A DNA stretch of 61,625 nucleotides from assembly GCA_048885535.1 (NCBI GenBank), contig JBHLLO010000004.1, forward strand, positions 1 through 61,625, in the 5' to 3' direction. Under the pieces are notes generated by a model, which saw nothing but the letters and a program-made list of their open reading frames with translations, had not been told where the DNA came from and did not search any database. The position numbers and the translations under genes were made by a program. Positions 21,618 to 33,615 of the stretch are shown piece by piece (position 1 is the first letter of the stretch; each line of letters begins with the position of its first letter). Origin of the DNA: Candidatus Hermodarchaeota archaeon. Its GTDB lineage: Archaea > Asgardarchaeota > Lokiarchaeia > Sigyniarchaeales > SOKP01.

Positions 21618-21634
21618 TTAATGTAATAAATTTA

Positions 21635-22558
21635 ATGATTTTAATGGAAAGAAAAACCCAGTATCCTAAACCGACTACTTCCAAAGTATGCATGTTTTTG
21701 TCAGGCATTTTCATGGGGAATGTGGGTATCTTTGTAACCCTTTTATCAAGTTTTTCAATCTATACTATTGTGTTGCTTAGAGGCATATTTGGAACGATTT
21801 TTCTAACAGGCTTCATGGTGATTTCGAAATCCTTATCAAAAGATTTTTTAAAACAGAATTTTAAATTACATTGGAAATACTTACTTCTATTATGCATAAC
21901 AAACCCGTTAGTTATTTTTCTATACTTTTTAAATATCTCAATCACTGGATATGCTTTTGCAGCCTTCTTATTATATACAAGCGGAATTTTTCTTCTTCTC
22001 TTCCTTATCATTACAAAAGAAGAGAAGATATCAAAAATAAACATTATTAGTTTTTTTTTAGCAATAATAGGAGTTGCGATCATAATGGAATTTTGGAATG
22101 TTAATTTAATGTCAATAGGAATCCTCCTCGGGATTTTATCAGGTATAAATTTAGCATTACTAGTTTACTCTAAGAAAAAAATATATAATTATCGAATGAA
22201 AAATCAACAGGAATTTAAGTTTAAGGGTAATTTTGATATATTCTTATCATGGTTTAGCACTTTACTATTGATTATCTTTTTTCTACCACTGGGAATGGTG
22301 GAACTCATTAATTTAAATTTAGTAGATATATTTATTAGCATACTCCTAGGGTTAATCCCTACGGCTTTAGCATTCACATTATATAACGTGGGAGTGAAAA
22401 ATGATAAGGGCGGGAGCATTGTAATTCTTTCTTATTTTGAACCTGTTATGGCAACAATTAATACTGCTATTTTCCTTAAAAATTTATCTATTTTTACTAT
22501 AATTGGAGGAACTTTAATTTTAGCAGCAAACATTATAATATTAAGATTTTCGAAATAA
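21635..22558 (+). CDS. EamA/DMT family transporter
   Basis: ~10 TM segments, LLYTSG, GLIPTALAFTLY, LSYFEPV. Confidence 0.85.
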   Translation: MILMERKTQYPKPTTSKVCMFLSGIFMGNVGIFVTLLSSFSIYTIVLLRGIFGTIFLTGFMVISKSLSKDFLKQNFKLHWKYLLLLCITNPLVIFLYFLNISITGYAFAAFLLYTSGIFLLLFLIITKEEKISKINIISFFLAIIGVAIIMEFWNVNLMSIGILLGILSGINLALLVYSKKKIYNYRMKNQQEFKFKGNFDIFLSWFSTLLLIIFFLPLGMVELINLNLVDIFISILLGLIPTALAFTLYNVGVKNDKGGSIVILSYFEPVMATINTAIFLKNLSIFTIIGGTLILAANIIILRFSK

Positions 22559-22697
22559 CATAAAATTTGGTATGAATTAAAAGACATATCTTTAAAAATT
22601 TGATTTTTTTTTATTATGTATTAAATTCCGAAGAGAATGTAGAAATATATTTTAGGTGATATCGGTTTTAGAATTGGACTTAAATCTATTTAAACAT

Positions 22698-22703
22698 AGG
22701 TGA
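22698..22703 (+). promoter_or_regulatory. Archaeal Shine-Dalgarno AGGTGA 6 nt before ATT of hypB
   Basis: aggtga-tgaaaa-ATT; in-frame TGA at 22704 bounds the ORF. Confidence 0.6.
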
Positions 22704-22709
22704 TGAAAA

Positions 22710-23432
22710 ATTTCAGGTGAAAATGATGATGAATTTTCTAGAATTAAAGAACTTGAAAGTACTAATTTAGCGAGAGATGAAATAAGAGATACGGTTATCC
22801 AAACTAAAAAGCAGATAGAACAAGATAATGATTTACTAGCCCAAAAAATTAACCAAATGTTAAAAGATCATCAAATTAAATCGTTTGATATTGTAGGAGC
22901 AATTGGTGCTGGAAAGACAGCGATTCTAGAGAGAATTGTAGAAAAATTAGCTCTACAATTTAAAATACTAGTTATATGTGGCGATATTACTACTCGAGTA
23001 GATGCGAATCGAATTGAAAAACATAATGCTGAGACTATACAAATTAATACCGGGCGAGAATGTGCTTTAAATGCCTATCATATTCATCAGATCATAAAAA
23101 ATAAAGATTTGGAAGAAATCGACATAATATTCATAGAAAATGTTGGAAATTTAATCTGCCCCTCTGAATTTATCTTAGGAACAGATAAGAGAATCGTTAT
23201 TGTCTCTATTACGGAAGGAGAATGGGTTATAGAAAAGCATCCAATGCTTTTTAGAATGTCAGATATTGCAGTTATAAATAAAATTGATTTAAAAGAACGG
23301 CTAGGAACGAATGTTGAGAAAATGATTACTGATGCAAAAAGAATAAATTCAGATATTAATGTAATTACCACGAGTGCTAAGACGGGAGAAAATATTGATA
23401 AGTTACTTGAATTAATGGGCATTAATATATAA
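22710..23432 (+). CDS. hypB: Hydrogenase nickel-insertion GTPase HypB (probable ATT start, ~240 aa)
   Basis: GAIGAGKT, INTGREC, FIENVGNLICP, SITEG, NKID, SAKTGE; in-frame upstream KKQIEQDNDLLAQKIN is the conserved HypB N-terminal helix. Confidence 0.88.
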   Translation: MSGENDDEFSRIKELESTNLARDEIRDTVIQTKKQIEQDNDLLAQKINQMLKDHQIKSFDIVGAIGAGKTAILERIVEKLALQFKILVICGDITTRVDANRIEKHNAETIQINTGRECALNAYHIHQIIKNKDLEEIDIIFIENVGNLICPSEFILGTDKRIVIVSITEGEWVIEKHPMLFRMSDIAVINKIDLKERLGTNVEKMITDAKRINSDINVITTSAKTGENIDKLLELMGINI

Positions 23433-23447
23433 AAAAGGCGAAGAAAT

Positions 23448-23867
23448 ATGAATGAAGATTTAGAATTGATAAAACAAGCTTGCAATGATTTAGAAAATAT
23501 TGAGAAGTACAATATGAAAGAATTATTAGACAACTTTTTTTCAAAAATTAAAACTAAAATCGATAAGTATATTGGTGATTATCCCACGTTTATAGAGCCT
23601 GTATTTCTAGGGGAAAATGTTAAAATTGGAGATGATGTTCTTATTGGACCAAATGTTTTTATAGGTACTAATTCTGAAATTGGAGATTATGTTGAAGTTT
23701 CGAACTCAATTATATTTGAAAATGTTAGGATTGGAGAAAACTTCAAATTGGAAAATTGTGTCATTATTAAAGATAGTAGCTTAAATTTTAGCAACTTTAA
23801 GTTTAAAAACTGCATTCTCAAAGGTAGAAGTACATTAAAAAATGAAATCGAGAAGTATAACATTTAA
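23448..23867 (+). CDS. Left-handed beta-helix (hexapeptide repeat) protein
   Basis: PVFLGENVKIGDDVLIGPNVFIGTNSEIG...SNSIIFENVRIG. Confidence 0.8.
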   Translation: MNEDLELIKQACNDLENIEKYNMKELLDNFFSKIKTKIDKYIGDYPTFIEPVFLGENVKIGDDVLIGPNVFIGTNSEIGDYVEVSNSIIFENVRIGENFKLENCVIIKDSSLNFSNFKFKNCILKGRSTLKNEIEKYNI

Positions 23868-23886
23868 TTTTTGAAATAAAATTAAA

Positions 23887-24696
23887 ATGAAAGATATTGA
23901 GAAATACTTTGAATATAATTTAAAGAGATGGAATGAATTAGCAGAGATTAACCCTAAATCCAAATTTTATGACTTGGAGGGCTTTAAAAGAGGTAAAACA
24001 TCACTCTTACCTATAGAGCTTGAGGAAATGGGAACTGTTAAAGGAAAGTCTTTATTGCATCTTCAATGCCATTTTGGTATGGATACGTTATCTTGGGCAC
24101 GAAAAGGAGCTATAGTAACGGGAGTTGATTTTTCAGAAAAAGCAATTACGTTTGCAAAACAACTAAGTAAAGATTTAAAAATTCCTGCAAAATTTATTCT
24201 TTCTAATGTGTATGATATCCCGAAAGTAATAAAACAAAAATTTGATGTTGTTTTTACTTCTTATGGAGTTATTTGCTGGCTGCCAGATATTCCTAAATGG
24301 GCAGAAATCATTGAATATTGTTTAGAGTCGGGTGGTATATTTTATATTATTGAAAACCATCCGTTTGGTATAATTATAGATGAGAAAAAGCAACCATTTC
24401 AAGTTGGTTACAATTATTTTACAGACGGAAAACCAGTCTTTTGGGATGACTCTGGAACATATGCGGGAGAAGAAATACAATTAAAGAATACAACAAGTTA
24501 TGAATGGTTTCATAAAATGAGTGATATTATAAATTCATTAATTACAGTTGGCTTGCACATTGAATTTTTGCATGAATTTCCTTTTAGTTTTTTTAAATTG
24601 CATCCAGACATGAAAAAGAGAGAGGATGGCTATTGGGAATTTCAAACCTTAAAATTTTCAGTACCTATGATATTTTCATTAAAAACACGTAAGTGA
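23887..24696 (+). CDS. Class I SAM-dependent methyltransferase
   Basis: LLHLQCHFGMDTLS, VTGVDFS, FDVVFTSYGVICWLPD. Confidence 0.88.
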   Translation: MKDIEKYFEYNLKRWNELAEINPKSKFYDLEGFKRGKTSLLPIELEEMGTVKGKSLLHLQCHFGMDTLSWARKGAIVTGVDFSEKAITFAKQLSKDLKIPAKFILSNVYDIPKVIKQKFDVVFTSYGVICWLPDIPKWAEIIEYCLESGGIFYIIENHPFGIIIDEKKQPFQVGYNYFTDGKPVFWDDSGTYAGEEIQLKNTTSYEWFHKMSDIINSLITVGLHIEFLHEFPFSFFKLHPDMKKREDGYWEFQTLKFSVPMIFSLKTRK

Positions 24697-24834
24697 ATTT
24701 TAACCTTATTTACTTAGTCTTATTTGCTCTTCATTAGAGAAAAGTAAATTAAAGCTTAATGGGATTGATATGGGATAAATTAACAGAAATATTTTTGTTT
24801 TGTAGGATATTTTTACTTATAATTAGGAGTATTT

Positions 24835-26220
24835 GTGATATTTAAGATGAAAGGTCCTGTTGAGCCATTTAAAATAAAAATGATTGAGCACGTGGGAATG
24901 CCAGATGAAAATAGAAGAAAACAAGCAATTAAAGAAGCAGGATATAATACATTTTTATTAAAGTCTGAAGATGTTTTTATAGATCTATTAACTGATTCAG
25001 GAACCTCTGCAATGTCCGATGTTCAATGGTCTGGTATGATGCTTGGAGATGAAGCTTACGCTGGAGCACGAAGTTTTTATAATCTCGAAAAAGCAGTGCA
25101 AGATGTTCTTGGATATAAATATATAGTACCTACCCATCAAGGTCGAGGCGCTGAACATTTGATGTATAGTTATCTTGTAAAACCGGGAGATATCGTTCCA
25201 AGAAATATGTACTTTACTACATCAAAAGTTCATGTTGAATTACCAGGAGGAAAAATGGTTGATGTTATCATTGATGAAGCACATGATCCTGAAAACCTAC
25301 ATCCATTTAAAGGAAATGTTGATTTAAAGAAGCTACAAGCGTTAATTGATGAATTTGGAGCAGACAAAATACCATTTGTCAATGTTGAGATGGATGTAAA
25401 TATGGCTGGTGGACAACCTGTTTCGATGGAGAATCTAAGGCAACTAAGAGAATTTTGCGATGATTATAACTTAAGAATAATTTTTGATGCCACGCGTTCA
25501 AGCGAAAATGCATATTTCATTCGGGAACGAGAAAAAGGATACGAAGATATACCAATTATAGATATTCTTCGAGAAATGATGAGTTATTCTAATGGTTGTA
25601 TCTATAGTTCTAAAAAAGATTGCTTAGTGAATATAGGCGGTTTTCTGGCTGCAAATGACGAGGATATATTTGAGCATACAAGGAGTATGGTGGTTGTATT
25701 TGAAGGACTTCATACTTATGGGGGAATGTCAGGACGAGATATGGAAGCCTTAGCACGAGGATTAAGAGAAGGTGCCCAATACGAATATTTAAAATACAGA
25801 ATTAAACAAGTTCGATATTTAGGTAATTTATTAATGGAGGAAAATGTCCCAATTGTAAAGCCTGTAGGAGGCCATGCTGTTTTTCTAAATGCATTAAAAT
25901 TTTTACCTCATCTCAAAAGAGAACATTGGCCTGCTCAGACTTTGGCAGCAGAAATTTATGAAGATTCAGCTGTCCGAAGTATGGAGCGAGGTGCTGTGTC
26001 AAAGGGAAGGGACATAGAAACAGGAGAGAATATTTTTCCACCATTAGAGTTAGTAAGATTAACTATTCCTAGAAGAGTATATACTAATTCCCATATGGAA
26101 TATGTTGCTGAATCAATAATTCGTCTTTTTCAAAAAAAGGATGAAATTAAAGGCTTAAAAATGGTATATGAACCAAAGTATTTGCGATTTTTCCAAGCTC
26201 AATTTGAAAAAGTAGGATAG
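24835..26220 (+). CDS. tpl: Tyrosine phenol-lyase (PLP beta-eliminating lyase)
   Basis: IDLLTDSGT, GDEAYAG, PTHQGRGAE, SSKKDCLVNIGG (PLP Lys); TPL-type residues YFTT, SMERG, LRFF rather than tryptophanase FDTT, VEIG, LRHF. Confidence 0.82.
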   Translation: MIFKMKGPVEPFKIKMIEHVGMPDENRRKQAIKEAGYNTFLLKSEDVFIDLLTDSGTSAMSDVQWSGMMLGDEAYAGARSFYNLEKAVQDVLGYKYIVPTHQGRGAEHLMYSYLVKPGDIVPRNMYFTTSKVHVELPGGKMVDVIIDEAHDPENLHPFKGNVDLKKLQALIDEFGADKIPFVNVEMDVNMAGGQPVSMENLRQLREFCDDYNLRIIFDATRSSENAYFIREREKGYEDIPIIDILREMMSYSNGCIYSSKKDCLVNIGGFLAANDEDIFEHTRSMVVVFEGLHTYGGMSGRDMEALARGLREGAQYEYLKYRIKQVRYLGNLLMEENVPIVKPVGGHAVFLNALKFLPHLKREHWPAQTLAAEIYEDSAVRSMERGAVSKGRDIETGENIFPPLELVRLTIPRRVYTNSHMEYVAESIIRLFQKKDEIKGLKMVYEPKYLRFFQAQFEKVG

Positions 26221-26239
26221 GCTAATTCATATCCATCTT

Positions 26240-26815
26240 TCATTTCACTCGTATTTGTTTTGGAATGAGAAATGGGACTCTTTCTTTATACATTACGTAT
26301 TCTTCACCAAATCGTTGATGTAATTCTTTTTCCTCATAAGTTAATAGAGCTATTAGCAGTGGGATATAAATAATTGTTAATAAGGCAAAAGGAACTAAAT
26401 CAAAAATTAATGTAAATCCTGGTAAAATAAACACAAATCCCAAAGAAATAGGATGGCGGCAAATAGCAAAAGCTCCACCAGTTATTAATTTAGAATTCTC
26501 AATAGTTTTACCTATCTCTTTTCCACTTGCGCGAGCTGTACTTATTGATGTTAAACCCCATGTGAAAAAGTATATCCCGAAAATCGTTAATAAATAACCA
26601 ATAATCAATTCAACAAGTCGCCAAGGGTATAATACATCATAATTAGGTAAAAATAACCAAGGTAACTCAAACCAGAGGAAAAGAAGCGTTATAAGACCCA
26701 ATTCGATAAAAAATGAAACATTTGGAAGAATTACTATAATAAACCGAGAATATTTTTTTTTATTGTTTAAATTTATGTCTTTGTTCATATTTAACTTGGC
26801 TTTTAAAAAATTCAT
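26240..26815 (-). CDS. Isoprenylcysteine carboxyl methyltransferase/PEMT family membrane protein
   Basis: LITGGAFAICRHPI, EEKEL..RFGEEY..YK.RVP.LIP. Confidence 0.8.
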   Translation of the reverse strand: MNFLKAKLNMNKDINLNNKKKYSRFIIVILPNVSFFIELGLITLLFLWFELPWLFLPNYDVLYPWRLVELIIGYLLTIFGIYFFTWGLTSISTARASGKEIGKTIENSKLITGGAFAICRHPISLGFVFILPGFTLIFDLVPFALLTIIYIPLLIALLTYEEKELHQRFGEEYVMYKERVPFLIPKQIRVK

Positions 26816-27792
26816 AAATTTAATATACTAATAGGAAAGTATAATAAAATTGCAAGAACAGCTGCTATCGGAAATGTTAAAATCCAAATTAAGGCTATCT
26901 TTCGCACATTCTTACTTGTTGGAGCCCTCCTAGCTTTTGCTAACCCAACAAGGGATGCAACTAACATATGAGAGCCTGATAAAGGAATCCCTAATAAGGT
27001 CCCAAAGAATAAAATAACAGCTATGGGGATTTCACTTGCAAATGCGGTACTTGGGTGTAATTCTGTAATTGTCCCTACATTTTTGATAACACCCCTCCCT
27101 AAAATTACAATACCGCTTGATAAACTCAAGCCTGTTATGATTAAGAGAAGTGTTGTATCAATACTCGCTTCAGCACCCAACACAATTCCAACTGCATTTG
27201 AACAATCATTTCCTGCTCTTGAAAAAGCAGTCCAACAAATAACAGCTAGCAATATATATGAAAAATATTTTTCTACTCTTTCAAAGCTTCTAAAACCTGA
27301 AAGTTTATTGATAATCACCTTATGTATAGCCTTATATGCAAAATAGGTTACAATAAATCCAATTATTGGAGACAATATCCACCATATTCCCATTTCCAGA
27401 ATTGTAAACCAATTTACTCCTAAAAATCCTCCCCCTGTTTGTGGCAAAAGACCCACACCTATTATACTTCCAATTGTTGCATGTGTTGTTGAGATGGGTA
27501 ATCCGTATGCAGAAGAAACAATAAGCCAAATAGCTGTTGAGATTAATATTGTCAAGACAATTGAATTAGATACTTCAAAAGATAATAAATCCTGTCCAAC
27601 AGTCTCACTCACAGCTCTACCAAGGAATATTGCTCCTAAAATTGCAAAGATAGTTGCAAGTATTAGTACCTCTTTCATTGTTAGGGTTTTAGATCCATAT
27701 AATGTAGCCATAGTTTCATCGTTTGCACCGATTCCGAAACTAATAACGATTGAAATGATCAAAAAAATAACAATGATTAGTATTATCTCCAT
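26812..27792 (-). CDS. pitA: PiT family inorganic phosphate transporter
   Basis: GANDE, GLPISTTHA, AGNDCSNAVG, GIPLSGSH. Confidence 0.9.
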   Translation of the reverse strand: MEIILIIVIFLIISIVISFGIGANDETMATLYGSKTLTMKEVLILATIFAILGAIFLGRAVSETVGQDLLSFEVSNSIVLTILISTAIWLIVSSAYGLPISTTHATIGSIIGVGLLPQTGGGFLGVNWFTILEMGIWWILSPIIGFIVTYFAYKAIHKVIINKLSGFRSFERVEKYFSYILLAVICWTAFSRAGNDCSNAVGIVLGAEASIDTTLLLIITGLSLSSGIVILGRGVIKNVGTITELHPSTAFASEIPIAVILFFGTLLGIPLSGSHMLVASLVGLAKARRAPTSKNVRKIALIWILTFPIAAVLAILLYFPISILNL

Positions 27793-27820
27793 GTTTTATC
27801 GCCTTTTCAATTATTTTCTA

Positions 27821-28474
27821 TTATTTTGAAGGATATTTTATAATTAATCCTCTAAGGTAATCTGAAGTTTCTTCAGCCCAAGATGCAATATCATAGAGAT
27901 ATGTAACAAGCTTTGAAGTTAAGTAGACTTTTGTGGGATCATCCTTTTTCTTAAAAAGTACATCGAGCAATTCAAATTTCACTTTGCGTGCATCTCTTCT
28001 AATTGATTCTACCTTAAAAGTTCCTCTATAAGCCTCCTCAAAATCTGTTTCAATAAAAGTAGCACAATTTATCAATTCTTTAACAGTTTCATAACTAAAA
28101 TTACATAAACTTCTGAAGAGTTCTTTAATATCTTCATATATCTTGAATGGATAGACTTGAAGAAATCGAGCAAAAAACTCTGTTTTGTCATTAATTTGAT
28201 CAATCATCATAAGAATATTATATCTATCTTCTAATAAGAAGGGTAGTGCTCTTTTATCTTTAAATAGAACTTGAACATATCTTTCTTTAATCCGATCACA
28301 CTTTTTCTCCGATTGGATTACATCTTCAAGGTCTTCAGGCTTTAGTTTATTTTCCAAGAAGTTTTCAATCAATGTATGCAAAATCTCGGCGGCATTCAAT
28401 GTTTCTTCAAGAAATTCTTTATTAATCTCTAATAATTCATTTTTCTTTTCTTTCCCTAATTTCATCACAAACAC
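27821..28474 (-). CDS. DUF47/PhoU-like phosphate transport regulator
   Basis: EKKCDRIK, LPFLLEDR..I...D; directly upstream of PiT gene. Confidence 0.8.
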   Translation of the reverse strand: MFVMKLGKEKKNELLEINKEFLEETLNAAEILHTLIENFLENKLKPEDLEDVIQSEKKCDRIKERYVQVLFKDKRALPFLLEDRYNILMMIDQINDKTEFFARFLQVYPFKIYEDIKELFRSLCNFSYETVKELINCATFIETDFEEAYRGTFKVESIRRDARKVKFELLDVLFKKKDDPTKVYLTSKLVTYLYDIASWAEETSDYLRGLIIKYPSK

Positions 28475-28540
28475 ATTGTAATATTTTTAATTTCTCTTAA
28501 TTAGATTCAAAAGATACTATATTATTTTTATTATGTTTTA

Positions 28541-29197
28541 TTGTTTAAAAGACTTATATCTTTCAAGTTAATAGGTAGGAAGAGAAATACTTTTTTAGAA
28601 TCATCATCTATTCAAATTAGTGATTTTATATACTTTGAAAGTGATTTCTTGCCTTTTTGTGAAATTAAGTTAAACGATATTTGTTTTGATCCAAAAGTAC
28701 AAACTTACTGTAATAATCAAAAATTTAGATGTCCAAATTACAACAACTCTTGGGCTTGTCCCCCTGAATCTCCTTATATGAAAGAAATAGTGTCTCAATT
28801 TGATAAATTTTTCTTAATATACTTTAAATTTAATTTAAAAGAGCATCTTAATGGTCAGAATTTGGAAATTGATAAAAGGTCTTTTAGTAATTCGTTCTAT
28901 CGAAATGAACTTGTGCGAGACTATTTGGAGAAAGAGATTATAGATTTTTTAGAAAACTATAAAGAAGATTATAATGACAAACTAATCTTATGGGATGGAT
29001 ATTGTAGAGTTTGTTCTAAAGAAGGCAGAAAATGTACGTATTATTTAAAGAAACCATGTCGTTACCCAACTGATATAAGATTTTCAATGGAAGCTGTTGG
29101 AATAGATGTCGATAAAACTGTTAAAAATCTTGATTTTGCATTAGAATGGCCACCATTGAATTACGTGTATCGCTTTGGTTTAGTTTGTTTTAAATAG
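28541..29197 (+). CDS. DUF2284 family metal-binding protein
   Basis: CPNYNNSWACPP, GYCRVC, PCRYP..RFSMEAVGIDV; exact start uncertain. Confidence 0.8.
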   Translation: MFKRLISFKLIGRKRNTFLESSSIQISDFIYFESDFLPFCEIKLNDICFDPKVQTYCNNQKFRCPNYNNSWACPPESPYMKEIVSQFDKFFLIYFKFNLKEHLNGQNLEIDKRSFSNSFYRNELVRDYLEKEIIDFLENYKEDYNDKLILWDGYCRVCSKEGRKCTYYLKKPCRYPTDIRFSMEAVGIDVDKTVKNLDFALEWPPLNYVYRFGLVCFK

Positions 29198-29216
29198 TAT
29201 TTTTGAATCTTTAAAG

Positions 29217-31078
<1,862 letters not shown>

Positions 31079-31226
31079 TTCTCAAATCTACTTTTAATTG
31101 AATTTGATTTAATATCATCAATCTATTCCAAAATTGATTATTCATTAAGGTTTAAAAAGTTTTTAGTCCCTTCTATGTCAATACAATAATTTTTAAATAA
31201 TAATTTTCTTGAATTTTATAGTAAAA

Positions 31227-32105
31227 ATGCTTGAGAGAACTATTCTTTTTGACTTATTTCATAATGAGATGTTAAACATTGAAGAAAAAGATTTTTCTGA
31301 ATTCTTAAATCTTCTAAAACGAATAAATCTAAAAATCAAAAAAAATGAAACAAAAAATCTAACAAAAAAAATCTTAGAAAACGTTGATATATTAGTTATT
31401 GGAAATCCAATCGATGATTATTTCTCAAATATTGAAATAAAGGATATTTGTGATTTTGTACGGATGGGAGGGGGCTTACTATTAATCAGTGAATATGGAG
31501 CCGATTATCTTCAAAAAACTAATTTAAATGACATTTCTGGTTCTAATTTCGGAATTTTTTTTGAGAAAAATCTTGTAAAAGAATTGAATAATAGTGATCA
31601 AAAGAAATCAAGTATTCTCCATGTACAAAACTTCAAAAAAAATAAAATTACTAATAATTTAAGAGAACTAGTAATTGGAGGAACTTGCTCTTTAATGTTA
31701 AAAAAAGACGCTTTACCTTTATTAGAATCGCATAATGAAAATATCTGGACAGAAATATTTAAAAATTCAAAAGAAGAATGGGTTAAGGATAAGGAAGAAA
31801 AGCAAATTTTAGCGGCTTATACAGAATCTGGTCAAGGTAAAGTTGTAGCTTTAGGAGACGTGGATATGTTTACAAACGATCATAATATTGGAATTAATTC
31901 ATTAGATAATTATATATTTTTACAGAATATATTAAATTGGCTAACCAAACCAGTAAAAGAATCTAATGTTTTTTCGTATGTGTTAAATCAAATTGGAATT
32001 ATGCAAAATGAAATTAAGGAGTTAAATAAAACTATAAATAATATTATTGAGACTATGACAATCTTAGAAAAGAGAATTTCTCACTTAGAAGAAAAGGAAG
32101 ATTAA
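31227..32105 (+). CDS. GIFT/GldG/IFT52-like (DUF4350-type) domain protein with C-terminal coiled coil
   Basis: ILFDLFHNE, DILVIGNP...FS..EI..I..FV..GGGLLLI, NLNDI, GKVVALGDVDMF; ATG 31227 preferred over TTG 31209. Confidence 0.6.
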   Translation: MLERTILFDLFHNEMLNIEEKDFSEFLNLLKRINLKIKKNETKNLTKKILENVDILVIGNPIDDYFSNIEIKDICDFVRMGGGLLLISEYGADYLQKTNLNDISGSNFGIFFEKNLVKELNNSDQKKSSILHVQNFKKNKITNNLRELVIGGTCSLMLKKDALPLLESHNENIWTEIFKNSKEEWVKDKEEKQILAAYTESGQGKVVALGDVDMFTNDHNIGINSLDNYIFLQNILNWLTKPVKESNVFSYVLNQIGIMQNEIKELNKTINNIIETMTILEKRISHLEEKED

Positions 32106-32232
32106 ATTTATGTTCTTCCCGTCTCAACTACTTTTTAATAGTTTAAAAATAAATTAAAATAATTACAAACTTTCTTTAATTATCTTTTACTACTATTTTT
32201 AATTAAAAATCAAATCAGAGATAGCTTAAATT

Positions 32233-33615
32233 ATGAATGGGAACTCTTACGATGAAATTTTCACTCTTTTTGAAGAAGTTTCAAATGGATTTAATCGAAA
32301 GAATCAATATTTTGATATTTTATATGATTGTTTATCCTCTACTCAAATAATTAAAAGTCCTTCTGCTGAAGATGTTTCTGTTAATAAGAAAACTTCAGGT
32401 ATAGTAGCTCGAACTTTTTTAGGGTCATGGAAAGAAATATCAACTGAAAACCTTTCGGATCTTAAAAGTATCCAAGAAAAGATACCAAAAGTTTCTAAGA
32501 AGGGGGATGAATTAGCTGAATTTGACGGATGGACATTAAATAAAGAAATTATCCCTCGGATAGACCCCTCTACGATTTCTATCCAGGATAAAATAAAAAA
32601 AGTCAGAGAAATTTATGATTACATAAAGAATGTTGATAGAAGAATTGTAAAAGTAGAAATTAGATACCTTGAATACTTATTAGAGAGAATTTTTTCCAAT
32701 AATGAAGGGTGCTTATTAAGGCAATTAATTCCAAGGATGAGACTATTTATTGTGCCAATAGCAAAAGAAGGTGGTATTATTGATTTTGAGTATTATGTGA
32801 GAAGTCAAGAAACTGGTTATGAAATATTTGATGAAATTACTAATGAAAAATTAGACGAGATAGCCCAGAACTCAATAGACATGTTAGAAGCAAAAGCTCC
32901 ACCTGCGGGAAGATTCACTGTTATTTTAGATCCAAGCGTCACAGGTCTTATTGCTCATGAAAGTTTTGGACATGGTCTTGAAGCAGATCAAGTTTTAAGA
33001 GGGAGAAGTTACCTAAAAAAACACCTAAATAAAAAAGTTGCTTCAAGTATCTGTAAAATCTATGATTCACCCTCTTTAAGTGGACCAATCGGTTCATATT
33101 TTTTTGATGATGAGGGAATTAAAGTAGGTAAAAATGTATTAGTCGAAGAAGGAATCTTAAAAAATTTCATCTATGATAGAAGAACTGCATCAGAATTTAA
33201 CGTTACGCCTCAAGGAAATGGTCGAAGAGAAAGTTTTGCCCATCCTGTTAATGTGCGTATGTCAAACACATATTTTGGACCGGGAGATCACGATTTGAAA
33301 GAGATGATTTCTGAAATAAAGTATGGAGTGATACTCGTTCATGGATATTTTGGAATGGAGGATCCTATTGGTGGTGGATGTCAATGTACATCTAAGAAAG
33401 GTTATTTGATAGAAAATGGAGAAAAGACAAAAATTTTGAGAAAAGTTGCGTTAAGTGGCTCTGTTTTGGAACTATTACAAAATATTGATGCTATCTCTAA
33501 AGATAATATTAAAATGGATGGCGGAACATGTGGTAAAGGCAGTGAAGACTATGTTCCAGTGGGTTCAGGGGGAACTTATATTAGAATTAATAATGCAATA
33601 ATAAGTCAAGGGTGA
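32233..33615 (+). CDS. tldD: TldD family metalloprotease
   Basis: AHESFGHGLEAD (HExxxH), FDDEG, GNGRRE, RMSNTY, GGTCGK. Confidence 0.9.
   Translation: MNGNSYDEIFTLFEEVSNGFNRKNQYFDILYDCLSSTQIIKSPSAEDVSVNKKTSGIVARTFLGSWKEISTENLSDLKSIQEKIPKVSKKGDELAEFDGWTLNKEIIPRIDPSTISIQDKIKKVREIYDYIKNVDRRIVKVEIRYLEYLLERIFSNNEGCLLRQLIPRMRLFIVPIAKEGGIIDFEYYVRSQETGYEIFDEITNEKLDEIAQNSIDMLEAKAPPAGRFTVILDPSVTGLIAHESFGHGLEADQVLRGRSYLKKHLNKKVASSICKIYDSPSLSGPIGSYFFDDEGIKVGKNVLVEEGILKNFIYDRRTASEFNVTPQGNGRRESFAHPVNVRMSNTYFGPGDHDLKEMISEIKYGVILVHGYFGMEDPIGGGCQCTSKKGYLIENGEKTKILRKVALSGSVLELLQNIDAISKDNIKMDGGTCGKGSEDYVPVGSGGTYIRINNAIISQG

Noticed and set aside
26240-26815. ICMT-like gene as evidence for CAAX processing of the Rab-like GTPase
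   Set aside because: The GTPase has no C-terminal Cys, and this methyltransferase family is widespread in prokaryotes; here it is coupled to the PiT operon.
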